From: Mobula hypostoma
Lineage: Eukaryota
Direction of reading: 5' to 3'
Assembly (NCBI RefSeq): GCF_963921235.1
Contig: NC_086097.1
Location: 60,886,001 to 60,950,000 of the forward strand
DNA length: 64,000 bases
The notes beneath the pieces are model-generated. The model did not search any database. It worked only from the letters and a program-made list of their open reading frames with translations, and was not told the DNA's origin. Within the stretch, counting starts at the first letter, position 1. Every line of letters begins with the position of its first letter. Positions 39,095-51,776 of the stretch are shown piece by piece. The position numbers and the translations under genes are program-made.

Positions 39095-39318
39095 CAATGC
39101 GAAGGCTCCCGAGTTTGCGTCCAAGTTGGGCCACCCTCCGAGCAGGCTTTCCATCCGTGCCGGGTTGAGCGTCAAGCTAGCCACTCGGCCTTGTAAAATA
39201 AAAGGGTCGAGTCAGGAATGTTCATATCATGGGCCGGTTAATCCAAAAGGAGACTAATCCTGACAACACGCGCCAGATGAAAATGGCTGACTGTCTGGTG
39301 TGACACGCTAAAAAAAAT
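39095..39318 (+). mobile_element. SINE sharing its central domain with the 2739-3028 SINE but with a different 3' part
   Basis: gctttccatccgtgccgggttgagcgtcaagctagccactcggccttgtaaaa nearly matches 2827-2879; oligo-A end. Confidence 0.7.
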
Positions 39319-40339
39319 GCATAAAAAGGAATAAATAACATTAGTTACAGTACATATGGGATGAAAAAAATTTGTATGTGCACAACTGTTTCCGTGCTTT
39401 TTTGTGAATATATTCCAGCCCAAAAATCACAGGTAGAAACATTAAAATAAAATTACTCACATATGGAAACATGTCAACAATAATGCAAAACATTCTGTTG
39501 AATTTATTTATTAATTATGTTTCTTTATGTTGCTTTGTTCTATAAGAAGATACAATCTCTTTCCCCCCCATATTCTACCAAACCTATCCTCCTAATTTTT
39601 GACATCAATCCAGTGACTTGTGTGTGTGATAATAATTGGGGAACAGAGTGTAAGGGAGCAACAAGTTGGCGGTGAAAGGTAATTGGAAGAAACACAGCCA
39701 AATGCAAAAAGGAAGGAAATTTAAGGAGAAAAGAAACAGCTGGAGAATATGACTTCTCTATTGTGAGAATAAGATAAATGACGGGCTTGATGTGGGTGAA
39801 AGAAATATAGAATTGTAATTGAATAAGAGAAAACAGGGAGTGATTTGATTCATGTGGCTGTGAGACAACAAAGAGATGTAATTAGAGTCTCCTGAAAAAC
39901 AAAAATCTATGCAGCAGATTAGAGTGAAAGCTCCAACTCAGGCTTGAAGCCAGAGTTTTCAGGTGTTCTTTAAACCTTTAAGGAAGTGTATTGATTCTTA
40001 CTGAAATATTGCATTTGCTTTATCTGCACTTACTATTCTGAGAAAATATTTTGTTTTGGTGAAGTAGGGCTCATCTAAGTGTCATCTTCCAGGGATATAG
40101 CAAAATATTCATAAAACTGAAAATGCTGGCAATCCTCTGCAGATGAGACGGCATTTCTAAGTGAGAAACAAGATCGACATTTCAGGCTCACTATTTATCA
40201 CAGAGCTAATCATTTTCTTTTCTGAAGGAAGGACATTGACCTGAAGTACTGTTTCTCCATCCAGACAACGACAGGCATGCTGAATACTTCCAGCATTTTA
40301 TGTCACTATTTCAGAATCCTTAATTTACATTACCAAAAG

Positions 40340-40885
40340 GTTAATGGAATATTAAGCTTTTTTCTATATCTAGAAAGCAAGAATACAATAGAGAGTAACT
40401 AATAATGCCTGAAGTCAGGCCAACCAGCTGAATGCTGTGGATTGTGGCATGTGACTCAGAGAGGATACAATGATCTTAGAAGACATGGTCTAGAATTTTG
40501 CCAGGGTTCTATTGGCCCTTCTGTGCATGTGGTATCAACTATGCCAGACAAGGAAATACACAAACTAAAGTTTAGAAAGTTTATTAGTTCTTTATTAATA
40601 TATAAATAGCTGGAGGGCATAGGCTTAAGGTAATGAGTAAGAGGTTTCAATGGAATACAAGGAACATCTTCTTTGACTCAGAAGGTAGTTGTGGTTTGAT
40701 ACACACTGCTCAAAAGAAGGGCAGAGGCATAAGCTTTCACAACATTTAAGAAGTATGTAGATGAATACTTGGATCCCCAAACCATAGAAGGCTATGGACC
40801 AAGTGTTGGTAAATAGGATTAATGCAGATAGTCAGCTTGGAAAGGTGGGTGAAATGAACTGCTGCTATGCATTATTACTCTATGA
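40340..40885 (+). mobile_element. Old CR1 3' remnant
   Basis: Degenerate ORF2 C-terminus (ttctttgactcagaaggtagttg...acatttaagaagtatgtagatg) and tail. Confidence 0.55.
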
Positions 40886-43759
40886 GTCAAATCACTTGAA
40901 GTGCACAAGTGCTCAGGTAATCCTATTTACTCTTAATGCATTTATCCTACAGTTCTACTTTGATACTCATTACATTAAACCACGAAAAACTTTGTTTGAC
41001 TGGCATATTACACATTAGAGGTGAACTGGCCAGACTCACTTCAGTGGGTTTTAGTCTTCTCCATGTTCCAAAGTCAGAACTGTATTTCAGTAATTACTGT
41101 TCCCAGGTTCTGTCTGCCCGTGTGCCTGATGTCCTTTGCCTCATGTGTTTGCTCCTGATCTTCTAGAGTATTTAGCAACTGCATATCACAATGAAGAAAT
41201 ATGACGCTGTTATTTTTTAAAATGCAATTATTCAGCCAACCTGCCAAGTTGGTTTCATGCCTTCCTCCTCACCTCAGGATGGCTTGTAGAGCCATTATCT
41301 ATCCTAACTGTTTTCCTCCATTTTAAGCTGGAGACAGGAGATCTTCATCTATAGTACATCTGGTTACATAATTCCCTCACTTCGGGTCAGAGACCTCATT
41401 TGTCCCAGATAAATAAACACAATGCATTGCTTCATTGTTCTATTATCTACCTTTAATTTAGTAAACTTAGTGGCCACAAAAGTTGAATGTCTTTTACGAT
41501 TAGACACCTGTATATCCAATTTGGTTCATTTACTTCTCACAGTAACCTGGTTCTTCCTATCATATTCTGTAGCTAAGGAAGTTTGGAGATACAAGGCATT
41601 CAACAAAAAAAAAACACAAAGAGATAAATATTTGCACTGTCACTTTTCATCAGAATACCATGAAATATTGAATGATTTAAGTCATTAGTATCTGCTCAGA
41701 AATTGTTTGTGTTAGCAACAAGGTGTGGTAAACTGGTTTAAGGATCAAAAGTGAAACAAAATTATTGCAAAGCTAAATTTTATTTAAAGGTGTTGGGGAA
41801 AATAACCTCATGGCTTCCAAATCAGTTATGTACTATATGATTACAACTGAGTAACTGGTCTTTAACAGTAGGACAATCAACCTAACCTTAAGATACTAAG
41901 CTTTGCCAGATTGTGTGCAGAGGCCAATGATACTGACAAGTTAACATGTTTGGTGTCATATTGCACAGGCTACTAAGTGAAATTATTCTAGATCTTGAAA
42001 GACTTCTGTTCATGGCCAAATGCCATAAGCAGAGAGGAGAGGCTTATAACTCAATTTCTGTTTAAAATGCGGCAGGAGGTTTCTTCATCAACAATGTCTT
42101 TAGTTCAATGATTTTCAACAATCATATTCATTACTTTCATTAATCACATTTTTCTTCAGCATAGGTCAATCTAAACTCCAGAATCACTCCAATTCACATT
42201 GTCATCATAGTTCACTATTGAATAAACTGAAAGCCCCTTGGATACAGTAGCTATTTCTTCCTGAGCACTTGCTTCCTGTTCAATGCCCATCAGAAGAAAA
42301 ATTGACTAAAAAAATAGCGAAGGAGTTGAAGATCTGAACATTATAAGATAATTTTCAGCTCTTTCTCTTTCTTAATTCCAGCATTATAGGCTTCAAAAAT
42401 CTCCTGTCACTACCTCTCTGTCTTCTTATTCCCTTTTGTCACTTCCATCTGATGGTTATGTTTTGAAAAGGATAAAACAATTAGAGTTGCATACACAAAA
42501 TTTTGAAGTAAATCTACATAAAGAGTAAGTATTAGACAATAGTGCAGCACAGAAAAAGGACATTCCACTCTTCAGTCTTCAGTTCCTCAGTGGAGACAAT
42601 TTAAACTCACTCTCCTTCTTTTTCCTCATAACCTTGTAATTTGTTACCTTTATTTATTCTTTAGACGTTCTCCTTTTTTTTGGCAGTGTATCTGGGTCAC
42701 AACAACTCATTAAATTTTATTTGTACATTTTTTTAATATAGCCTTTGGTTACTTTGTCAATCAACTTTCTGCTACAGAAAGGGCAAAATATAGTCTGAGC
42801 AGAGAGAAAATAAAACATTGCAGTCTTTGCTCCCAGCAGTGAAAGACAAGGAAAATAAATGCAATTTTCTTTGGTTATTAATTGAACTCACTGCTTAGAT
42901 ATTGCAGAAACTAGGTCAAATAAATTATCAGTCTTAAATTGCCATAGCTACCTTCCACTGTAGATGAGAACACCATTTTATATTATCACAACATTCAGAT
43001 GCAATTGAAGTTTATTTCCTCATTGGCTGACATTTAATAGAGAGAGGAAAATCCAAGACAGCAAATATTAAATGTAAACATTAATATCTGGAATCTTTTT
43101 GAACTATATAAAAATAAAAGGCCAAAGAGAATAAATATTTCAATCTGAAGCCTTGTATGAATAGAAAATATTGTTGTTAAATGAAAGTTTAAAAGAAATA
43201 AATAGTAATACACAAATAATAGCATTACAGCTCTTCAACTTATGGTACTTGACTAAAGAAGATTTGATGTTCGTACCTATTTGTAAGGCCACTTGTATAA
43301 AATTCAGCAGCTGAAACCAATCTTTTTATACATTTTATGGGTTTGACTTTGGTTGCCAATGGATGAATCAGTTTAACAAATTACACAGAGTTAACATTTA
43401 TTTTGCCATGATGTAGAAGAAAATAATTCCATGGAACTTTTGAAGATTGGCTGTTATTTTCAGAAATAAATGTACATCATTATGAAACTTAATTTCACCT
43501 GCAGCTTGCTAGTAGGAACAGAATAATATTGCTGGATGATATTAAAAAGCTAAGCTGATATCTGCATTCAGTCAATCATAGAAATCCTACTGAGAGTTTT
43601 GAAATCCTGATTGCTTCATAGTGAGTGAAGCAGATGAATTACTGCTTTGAAATTTTTTAGAGTTTTTTTTGTGAAGAGAGTTATAAAGTTCAGCCATTTA
43701 TTAAAACTGAGAGCAGCATTCTTAATCAAACAACACAAGGCAGTGGATGTTCCTTAAGT

Positions 43760-44445
43760 CCAAATAGGCCCATCATATAAATATAATTGCAATAAAAGCA
43801 CGACAGCAACTCTACTTCCTCAGGAGTCAGTGGAAAGTCAGCATGTTATCATAAATCTCAGCAAACTTCTATAGATGTGTGGTGGAAAGTGTTTTGACTG
43901 GGTGCATTATGGCCTGGTATGGGAACACCAAAGCTTTTAAGTGAAAAATCCTACAAAAGGTAGAGGATTTGGCTCAGTACATTATGGGTAAAACCTTCCC
44001 AACCATTGAGCACATCTACATGAAACATTGCTGTAGAAAAGCAGCATTGATCGTCAGAGATCCTCATCACCCAGGCCATGCTCTTTTTTCTCTGCTGCTA
44101 TTAGTTAGAAGGTACAAGAGCCTCAGGACTCGCAACATCAGATTCAAGAACAGCAACTACCCCTCAACCATCACACTCTTGAACAAAAGGGGATAACTAC
44201 ACTTATTTAGGGACTCTTTTATCTTGTTAGTTCAAGCTCATTACTTATTGCTATTTATTGATTTTCTGCATTGGCACTGTTTGTTTACAGTTTACAGTTC
44301 CTAATGTTTAAAATTTACAAATCCTGTTGACTGTTACTGTTCTACAGATTTGTTAAGATGCATAGAGAATAAGAATCTCAGGCTTATATGTGGTGACATT
44401 ATGTACTCTGATAATAAAATTTGCTTTGAACTTTGAACTTTGAAG
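43760..44445 (+). mobile_element. Rex1/Babar 3' fragment with (TTTGAAC)n tail
   Basis: RDPHHPGHALFSLL...RRYKSLRTR...FKNS (43969-44196). Confidence 0.85.
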
Positions 44446-44459
44446 TAGGCCATGGATTA

Positions 44460-46950
44460 CAAAACATAGAAAACACAGAAAACCTACAGCACAATACAGG
44501 CCCTTCAGCCCACAAAGCTGTGCCAAACATGTCCCTACCTTTGAATTACCTAAGATTACCCATAACCCTCTATTTTTCTAAGCGCCATGTACCTATCCAG
44601 GAGTCTCTTAAAAGACCCTATCGTTTCCACCTCCACCACCGCCTCTGGCAGCCCATTCTATGTGTTCACCACTCTCTGCGTAAAAAACTTACCCCTGACA
44701 TCTTCTCTGTACCTACTTCCAAGCACCTTAAAAATATGCTCTCTCGTTCTAGCCACTTCAGTCTTGGGAAAAAGCCTCTGACAATCCACACGATCAATGC
44801 CTCTCATCATCTTATACACCTCTACCAGGTCACCTCTCATCCTTCGTCGCTCCAAGGAGAAAAGGCCGAGTTCACTCAACCTATTCTCATAAGGCATGCT
44901 CTCCAATCCAGGCAACATCCTTCTAAATCTCCTCTGCACCCTTTCTATGGTTTTCACGTCCTTCCTGTAGTGAGGTGACCAGAACTGAGTACAGTACTCT
45001 AAGTGGTGTCTGACTAGGGTCCTCTATAGCTGCAACATTACTTCTCAGCTCTTAAAGTCAATCCCATGGTTGATGAAGGCAAATGCATCATTTGCCTTCT
45101 TAACCACAGAGTCAACCTGCGCAGCAGCTTTGAGTGTCCTATGGACTTGGACTCCAAGATCCCTCTGATCCTCCATGCTGCCAAGTGTCTTGCCATTAAT
45201 ACTATATTCTGCCATCATATTTGACTTACCAAACTGAACTACCTCACACTTATCTGGGTTGAACCTCATCTGCCACTTCTCAACCCAGTTTTCTATCCTA
45301 TCAATGTTCGGCTGTAACCTCTGACAACCCTCCACACTATCTACAACACCCCCAACCTTTGTGTCATCATCAAATTTACTAACCCATCCCTCCACTTCCT
45401 CATCCAGGTCATTTATAAAAATTACAAAGAGTAGATGTCCCAGAACATATCCCTGAGGCACACCACTGGTCACTATCCTCCATGCAGAATATGATCCATC
45501 TACAACTACTCTTTGCCTTCTGTGTGCAAGCCAGTTCTGGATTAACAAAGCAATTTCCCCTTGGATCCCATGCCTCCTTACTTTCTCAATAAACCTTGCA
45601 TGGGGTACCTTATCAACTGCCTTGCTGAAATCTATATACACTACATATACTGCTCTACATTCATCAATGCGTTTAGTCACATCCTCAAAAAATTAATCAG
45701 GCTCGTAAGGCATGACCTGCCTTTGACAAAGCCATGCTGACAATTCCTCATCATATTATGCCTCTCCAAATGTTCATAAATCCTGCCTCTCAAGATCTTC
45801 TCCATCAACATACCAACCACTGAAGTAAGACTCACTGGTCTAAAATTTCCTGGGCTATCTCTACTCCCCTTCTTGAATAAGGGAGCAACGTCTGCAACCC
45901 TCCAATCATCTGGAATCTCTCCCGTCCTCATTGATGATGCAGATATCATCTCCAGAGGCTCAGCAATCTCCTCCTTCGCTTCCCAAAGTAGCCTGGGGTA
46001 CATCCCGTCCAGTCCCGGTGACTTATCCAACTTGATGCTTTCCAAAAGCTCCAGCACATCCTCTTCCTTAATATCTACATGCTTAATCTTTACAGTCTGC
46101 TGCAAGTCATCCCTACAATCACCAAGATCCTTTTCCATAGTGAATACTGAAGCAAAGTATTCATTAGGAGCCTCTGCTATCTCCTGTGGTTCCATACACT
46201 CATTTCTACTCTCACACTTGATTGGTCCTATTCTCTCATATCTTATCCTCTTGCTCTTCACATACTTGTAGAATATCTTGGGGTTTTCCTTAATCCTGTC
46301 CACCAAGGCCTTCTCATGGCCCCTTCTGGCTCTCCTAATTTCATTCTCAAGCTCCTTCCTGCTAGCCTTATAATATTCTGGATCTCTATTTTTACCTAGT
46401 TTTTTGAACCTTTCCTATGCTATTAGACCATAAGACCATAAGACAAAGGAGCAGAAGTAGGCCATTCGGCCCATCGAGTCTGCTCCGCCATTTTATCATG
46501 AGCTGATCCATTTTATCCTATTTAGTCCCACTGCCCCACCTTCTCACCATAACCTTTGATGCCCTGGCTACTCAGATACCTATCAATCTCTGCCTTAAAT
46601 ACACCCAATGACTTGGCCCCCACTGCTGCCCGTGGCAACAAATTCCATAGATTCACCACCCTCTGACTAAAAAAAAAATTTTCGCATTTCTGTTCTGAAA
46701 GGGCGCCCTTCAATCCTGAAGTCATGCCCTCTCGTACTAGACTCCCCCATCATGGGAAACAACTTTGCCACATCCACTCTGTCCATGCCTTTTAACATTC
46801 GAAATGTTTCTATGAGGTCTCCCCTCATTCTTCTAAACTCCAAGGAATACAGTCCAAGAGCGGACAAACGTGGGGTTCTTTTCTTCTTGACTAGATTTAC
46901 AACAGCCTTTGTACACCATGATTCCTGTACCCTACCATCCTTTCCCTGTA
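44460..46950 (-). mobile_element. Relatively well-preserved CR1 ORF2 (RT) with nested CR1 3' copy at ~46425-46870
   Basis: ORFs 45677-46306, 45045-45680 and 44658-44957 (NFRPVSLTSVVG, DFSKAVDKVPH, GVPQG, KFDDDTK); (aacatag) tail; inner copy has (gaccataa)n tail. Confidence 0.92.
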
Positions 46951-47104
46951 TGATGCCGTCTTCAAAGCAAAAATAGTCCGTACCAATGCATTTCAAATTG
47001 TAGTCAGAGATTTCAACCAGGCTTGTTAAAAGAACGCCCTATCTATTTACCATCCATATGTATCCTGTAGTACCAGAGGTCCCAACACACTTGACCACTG
47101 TTGT

Positions 47105-47656
47105 GTTCGTCCATCGTCAACGTTGATGAGGACCTCAACACCATTATGGTGTCCAGACTAGTGCGTGATTTGGATTTGAGTGAGGGAGAGATGCACAGCA
47201 TCAGCCTCACTCCCTCTTCCCAATTCCCATCTGGATCCAGTGGCAATACAGAGTTGAGACGGCTGGAGATGGCACTAGGCACAGTGGATGACCAGGACGT
47301 CTTCTGTGTCTTGTCTTGCTCTACATGTTCCACGACGCTTGCAGAGACTGCCTTCTTGACCGTTGGACCTTCCATTGGTCTCATCCACTCAATCCGCTAG
47401 AGTTTGTCTTCACATGCTGGGATAGACAACTCCCTATCTCACCGAGGGCTTGATACCTGTGGCTACCCTCACCTGGTTTAGCCGGCTTGTCAAAGCCGTT
47501 GCCCAGGGTGTGGCTGCTGTCGCATGCAAACAGCTACAGGGAGTCACAAGTGAGAGCTGAGTGCCAGGTGGGGACCAAAGGTGGACTAATCGCCTTGAAA
47601 AGGACGCGACATGTTCCCCCACTAGAGGTGCTACCCCTCCCTGACACCCATACACT
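47105..47656 (-). mobile_element. Non-autonomous RTE-5'UTR-derived retroposon
   Basis: 8-bp TSD actgttgt (47097-47104, 47657-47664); no coding motifs; sequence resembles the 5' UTR of vertebrate RTE-clade elements (from recall, not a search). Confidence 0.7.
47468..47650 (-). ncRNA. Candidate HDV-like ribozyme (variant, possibly inactivated copy)
   Basis: Hand-folded nested double pseudoknot: P1 GGGUGU/ACACCC, P2 CUCACUUG/CAGGUGAG, P3 GAC/GCC (one mismatch), L3 starting UCC, P1.1 CC/GG, P4 CGGCUU/AAGCCG, J4/2 GCUAAA. Confidence 0.55.
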
Positions 47657-50276
47657 ACTGTTGTACTAAGATAAGGAATGCCTACCGTTTCATGCCCCAG
47701 ACTGTATTTCAGTAAATCAGATCACTTAGAGGTCCTTCTCCCATCTGCATTTCAGCAGAGGTTAAAGAGCAAAGCTCTAGAGATTAGGACAACAAATATG
47801 TGGTCATGGGAGGCAGAGGAGTGGCTACAGGATTGTTTTGAGTCAGTGGATTGGGCCTCCTTCAAAGATTCATCTGTGGATCTGAATGAATACACCATAG
47901 TGTTATTGACTTTATTAAACCAGCCCTAGATGAGTGTGTCCTCACAAAATCATTCAGAGTCTTCCTCAACCAGACACTTGGATGAACGAGGCGATCCACA
48001 GTCTGCTGAGGGCCAGATCTGAGTCATTCAAGTCCGGTGACCAACTAAGTTACAAGATGTCCAGGTCCGATCTCCAGAAAGCCATCTCATGAGCAAAGTG
48101 GCAATGCGGACTAAACTTGAATCAACAAAGGACATTCGACAGAAGTGGCAGGGCTCGAATGCTTTCACTTCTTATAATATAAAATCAAGTGACATAGGTG
48201 ACAGTAGGGCTTCACTTCCAGATGAGCTCAATGACATCTCTACTCGCTTAGACCATCAACTGTGGAGGAACCATCACAAGTTCCCACAGCTCCCCATGGA
48301 ACAGAGACAGGCTCGCCCTAATCAACATCAATGGGACTGCAGCTGAGAAGGTGAGTAGTTTCAATTTCCTCGGTATACACATCACCGAAGATCTCGCCTG
48401 GACTGTACACACAGGCTTTGTGATAAAAAAAAACACAACAGTGTCTTTTCCACATCAGGTGACTGAAGAAGTTTGGCATGTGCCCCCAAAATCCTCAAGA
48501 CCTTCTACAGGGGCACCATTGAGAGCATCCTGACTCACTGTATCACTGCCTGGTACAATAACTGCTCCAACCTTGATTGCTGGGCACTGCAGAAAGTGGT
48601 ACAGACTGCCCAGTGCATCTGTGGATGTGAACCTCCCTCCATTGAGGACATTTATACAGTAGTAGGTTTGTAAAGAAGGCCTGGAAGATCATTGGGGACA
48701 CCAATTACCCCACCCATAAACTGTTTCAGCTTCTTCCATCTGGAAAACAGTACTGTAATATTAAAGCTCTGACCAGAAAGCTACAGGATAGCTTCTTCCT
48801 ACAAGCCATTAGACTTATAAGTTCACATGTCTGTACATTGCGATGGAGTCATAATGCAAAAATTTTTACTCTCTCATGTAGTGGGACGGATGTAGATTTA
48901 AATAAATTAAATACATTCAAATGATAGTGTGAGTTCAATCTCAGAGCCTTCGGTGGAGTGAACCCAGAAAAAGCATCCAACCCAGACTGGATACCTGGCC
49001 AAATACTAAAGATCTGTGCTGGTCAACTGGCTGGAGTGTTCACTGCACTCCTGAGCCTCTTGCTTCAGCAGTCTGAGATACCCACCTGCTTCAAGCAGCC
49101 TTCAATTATACCATTTCCTAAGAAGAGTGTGGTAATTTGCATCAGTGACCATTTCCCAGTGGCCCTTACGTTCATTGTGGTGAGGTGTTTTGAGAGGTTG
49201 GTGATGAAAGATATCAACTCTTGCCTGAGAAGTGACTTGGATCTGCTCCAATTTGCCTACTGGAGCAACAGGTCCACAGCAGATGCCATATCATTGGCTC
49301 TTCACTCAACCTTGGAACATTTGGGCAGCAAAAATACATACATCAGGATGCTCTTTATTGACATCAGTTAGGTATTCAATACCATCATCCCCTCAAAGTG
49401 AATCAATAAACTTCAAAACCTTGGCCTCAATACCTCTTTATGCAGTTGGATCCCTGACTTCCTCACTTACAAACCCCAGTCGGTTTAGATTGGCAATAAT
49501 ATCTCCTCCACAGTCTCCATTAGTACAGGTGTACCACAAGGCTGTGTACTCAGCCCCCTGGTCTACTCACTTTACACTTGTGACTGTGTGGCTAAGCACA
49601 GCTCCAATGGCATATTGAAGTTTGCTGATAACACCACTGTTGAAGGCTGAATCAAAAGTGGTGATGAATCAGCAGGTAAGAGGGAGATTGAAAATCTGGC
49701 TGAGTGATACCATCAGAACAACCTCTGACTCAATGCCAGCTAGGCCAAGGAGCTGATTGTTGAGTTCGGAAGGAGGAAACCACAGGTTCCTGAGCTAGTC
49801 CTCATCAGCAGATCACAGGTGCAGAGAGTCAGCAACTTCAAATTCCTCGGTGTTATCATTTTGGAGGATCTGTCCTAGGCTCAGCAGATAAATATCATTA
49901 TGCAGAATGCACAGCAGCGCATCTGTTTCCTTAGGAGCTTGTAAAGTTTCTGCATGGCATCTAAAAATTTTGACAAAATTCTGTAGATGTGTAATGGAGA
50001 GCAAATTGACTGGCTGCATCATGGCATGGTATGGAAAATGCTACAAAAAGTAGTGGATTGAGCACATCTACATGAAGCATTGTCGCAGGAAAGTAGCATC
50101 TATCATCAGGGACCCCCTCCACCTAGATTGTGCTCTCTTCTTGCTGCTGCCATGAGGAAGAAGGTACAGGAGCCTTAGGATTCATCTCTTGTCCTCAATA
50201 TTTAATTGGTTACTTATTATTATTATTAGTATTATTTACTTATTTATTCATCGATTCTATTATGGTTATTATTCTA

Positions 50277-50969
50277 TAGGTATGCATCGCTTAACGTCCA
50301 CAATACGTTCTGTGAAATCAGACGTTATGTGACTTGGACGCTGCGCGAACACCATATTATATACTTAGCAAACCTATATGGAGTACTGCAGTGTACCTGT
50401 ATTGACTAAATAGCCAAGAACTTACACTTAAACTGTATACTGTACACTATAATACATACATACGCTATAATATTTTATTTCATTTTAAACTTTTTTTTTC
50501 ACTTTTTAACCTTTTATGTAAACATTTTCTTAGCCTATATCATACACAATTTATCAAAGAGGATCAGGATAATCCACATCACTGTTCTCATCTTCCTCAT
50601 AGTGTGCCACTGGAAGAGTTTCAGGTCGAATAACCTGCATTGATAAACTATCACCAACAATGATAATATCATCTCCTGTAATGCCTGAAGGACCTGGCTG
50701 AGGCTCTTGTTCAGGAGGTGTTGGCTTCTTCAGGAATATGTCCAGTGTTGTTTGCCTAGTTTGCTTTTTCTTTACTTCATAAATTTCTCTATATGCAGCA
50801 AACACTGTGTGAGTATTCCTCTCTATCAGTGAAAAGCATTCAGTGTTTGGGTCCATCTCTCCAGCACTCTTCAGCAAGCTGTGGCCTGCAAAGAATTTGG
50901 CTAACCCCTTAACACTGACGTATATGTGATCAGACGTTGTCTGAATGGACGTTAAGCAGCGCACACCTG
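50277..50969 (-). mobile_element. Tigger/pogo-like non-autonomous DNA transposon
   Basis: Imperfect TIRs taggtatgcatcgcttaacgtcc / ggacgttaagcagcgcacacctg with TA TSDs (50275-50276, 50970-50971); carries a Tigger-like C-terminal remnant MDPN...AYREIYEVKKKQTRQTTLDIFLKK. Confidence 0.85.
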
Positions 50970-51776
50970 TATTATGGATTTATTGAGTATGCCCTCAAGA
51001 AAATGAATCTCAGCATTCTATATGGTGATATAAATGTACCTTGATAATAGATTTCTTTGAACTTTGGACTTTCAGTTGTCAGGATCAATAAAGAAAAGGA
51101 TATAGTCGGCAAAGCAATACTTGATGCTAAATTCATTTTTGCTCACCACAGGAAATACAGAAAATACATCTGCATTCATGTCTGCTTGTTCCTACAGAAG
51201 TTTACTCATTGAAGTGAGAGAGAAAAGAATAGACTGATCTTTTGTTTCAATTATTCATCCAAAACTCTTTAACAAATATTGCATGTGCTTATAGGGGTAA
51301 AAATAGATATGGCATTTCAATAGTAAATCAAAACTTACTCAAGGTTAGGCATAACATAATATCAATGAAAAGGTAAGGATGTTATCTTACAAAATATGAA
51401 GTTGTAGTGATATCAATCCATCGTAAATTATCAATCCATAGGAAATCAGTTTTCTGAACCCTTCCAGGCCTTTTGGTGAACATTTTTCCATAGTGCTATG
51501 AGTAGGGAATTTCAGGAAATAGACTCAGTGAAAATAGAGGAACAATGTGAATTTCTAAAGCAGGTAAATGCACAAGGTTCTGAAGAACCGGAAGGTAGTG
51601 TGTCTGTTCCACTGTTCTTTTTGGTTGTGGATCCCAGGGCTTTGTGAGATGCTGTCAGTGTAGCTAGAAAGTAACTGCAGTGCATTTCTAGACGTTACCC
51701 ACTGCAGCTCTGATACTGGTAGTGGATAGAATTCACACCATTGTGTTGGATAAGATATCACTTATGAACTTCTTAA

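Larger units (their letters stand above)
46960..51070 (+). mobile_element. Fragmented Rex1/Babar LINE (APE-RT-tail) hosting several insertions
   Basis: APE DFNQA...STRGPNTLDHC|Y...KSDH (46990-47930); RT 48958-49750; 3' UTR split by a Tigger element; (tttgaac) tail ~51055-51070; a second Rex 3' fragment is nested at ~48310-48915. Confidence 0.8.

Noticed and set aside
42170..42306. Minus-strand terminal exon encoding an ITIM-like SVYSIV motif
   Set aside because: It is a short frame with a low-information motif and no linked upstream exon, so it is indistinguishable from chance.
44658..46306. Functional reverse transcriptase gene
   Set aside because: Frameshifts, stops, an altered motif (KFDDD for FADD) and a nested insertion show a dead CR1 copy.
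47043..47669. ORFs in the RTE-derived insert as protein genes
   Set aside because: They are short, carry no recognised motifs and lie within a TSD-bounded non-coding repeat.
50554..50964. TIGD-family host gene exon
   Set aside because: It lies entirely within a TIR/TA-bounded Tigger-like element and only a C-terminal remnant is present.
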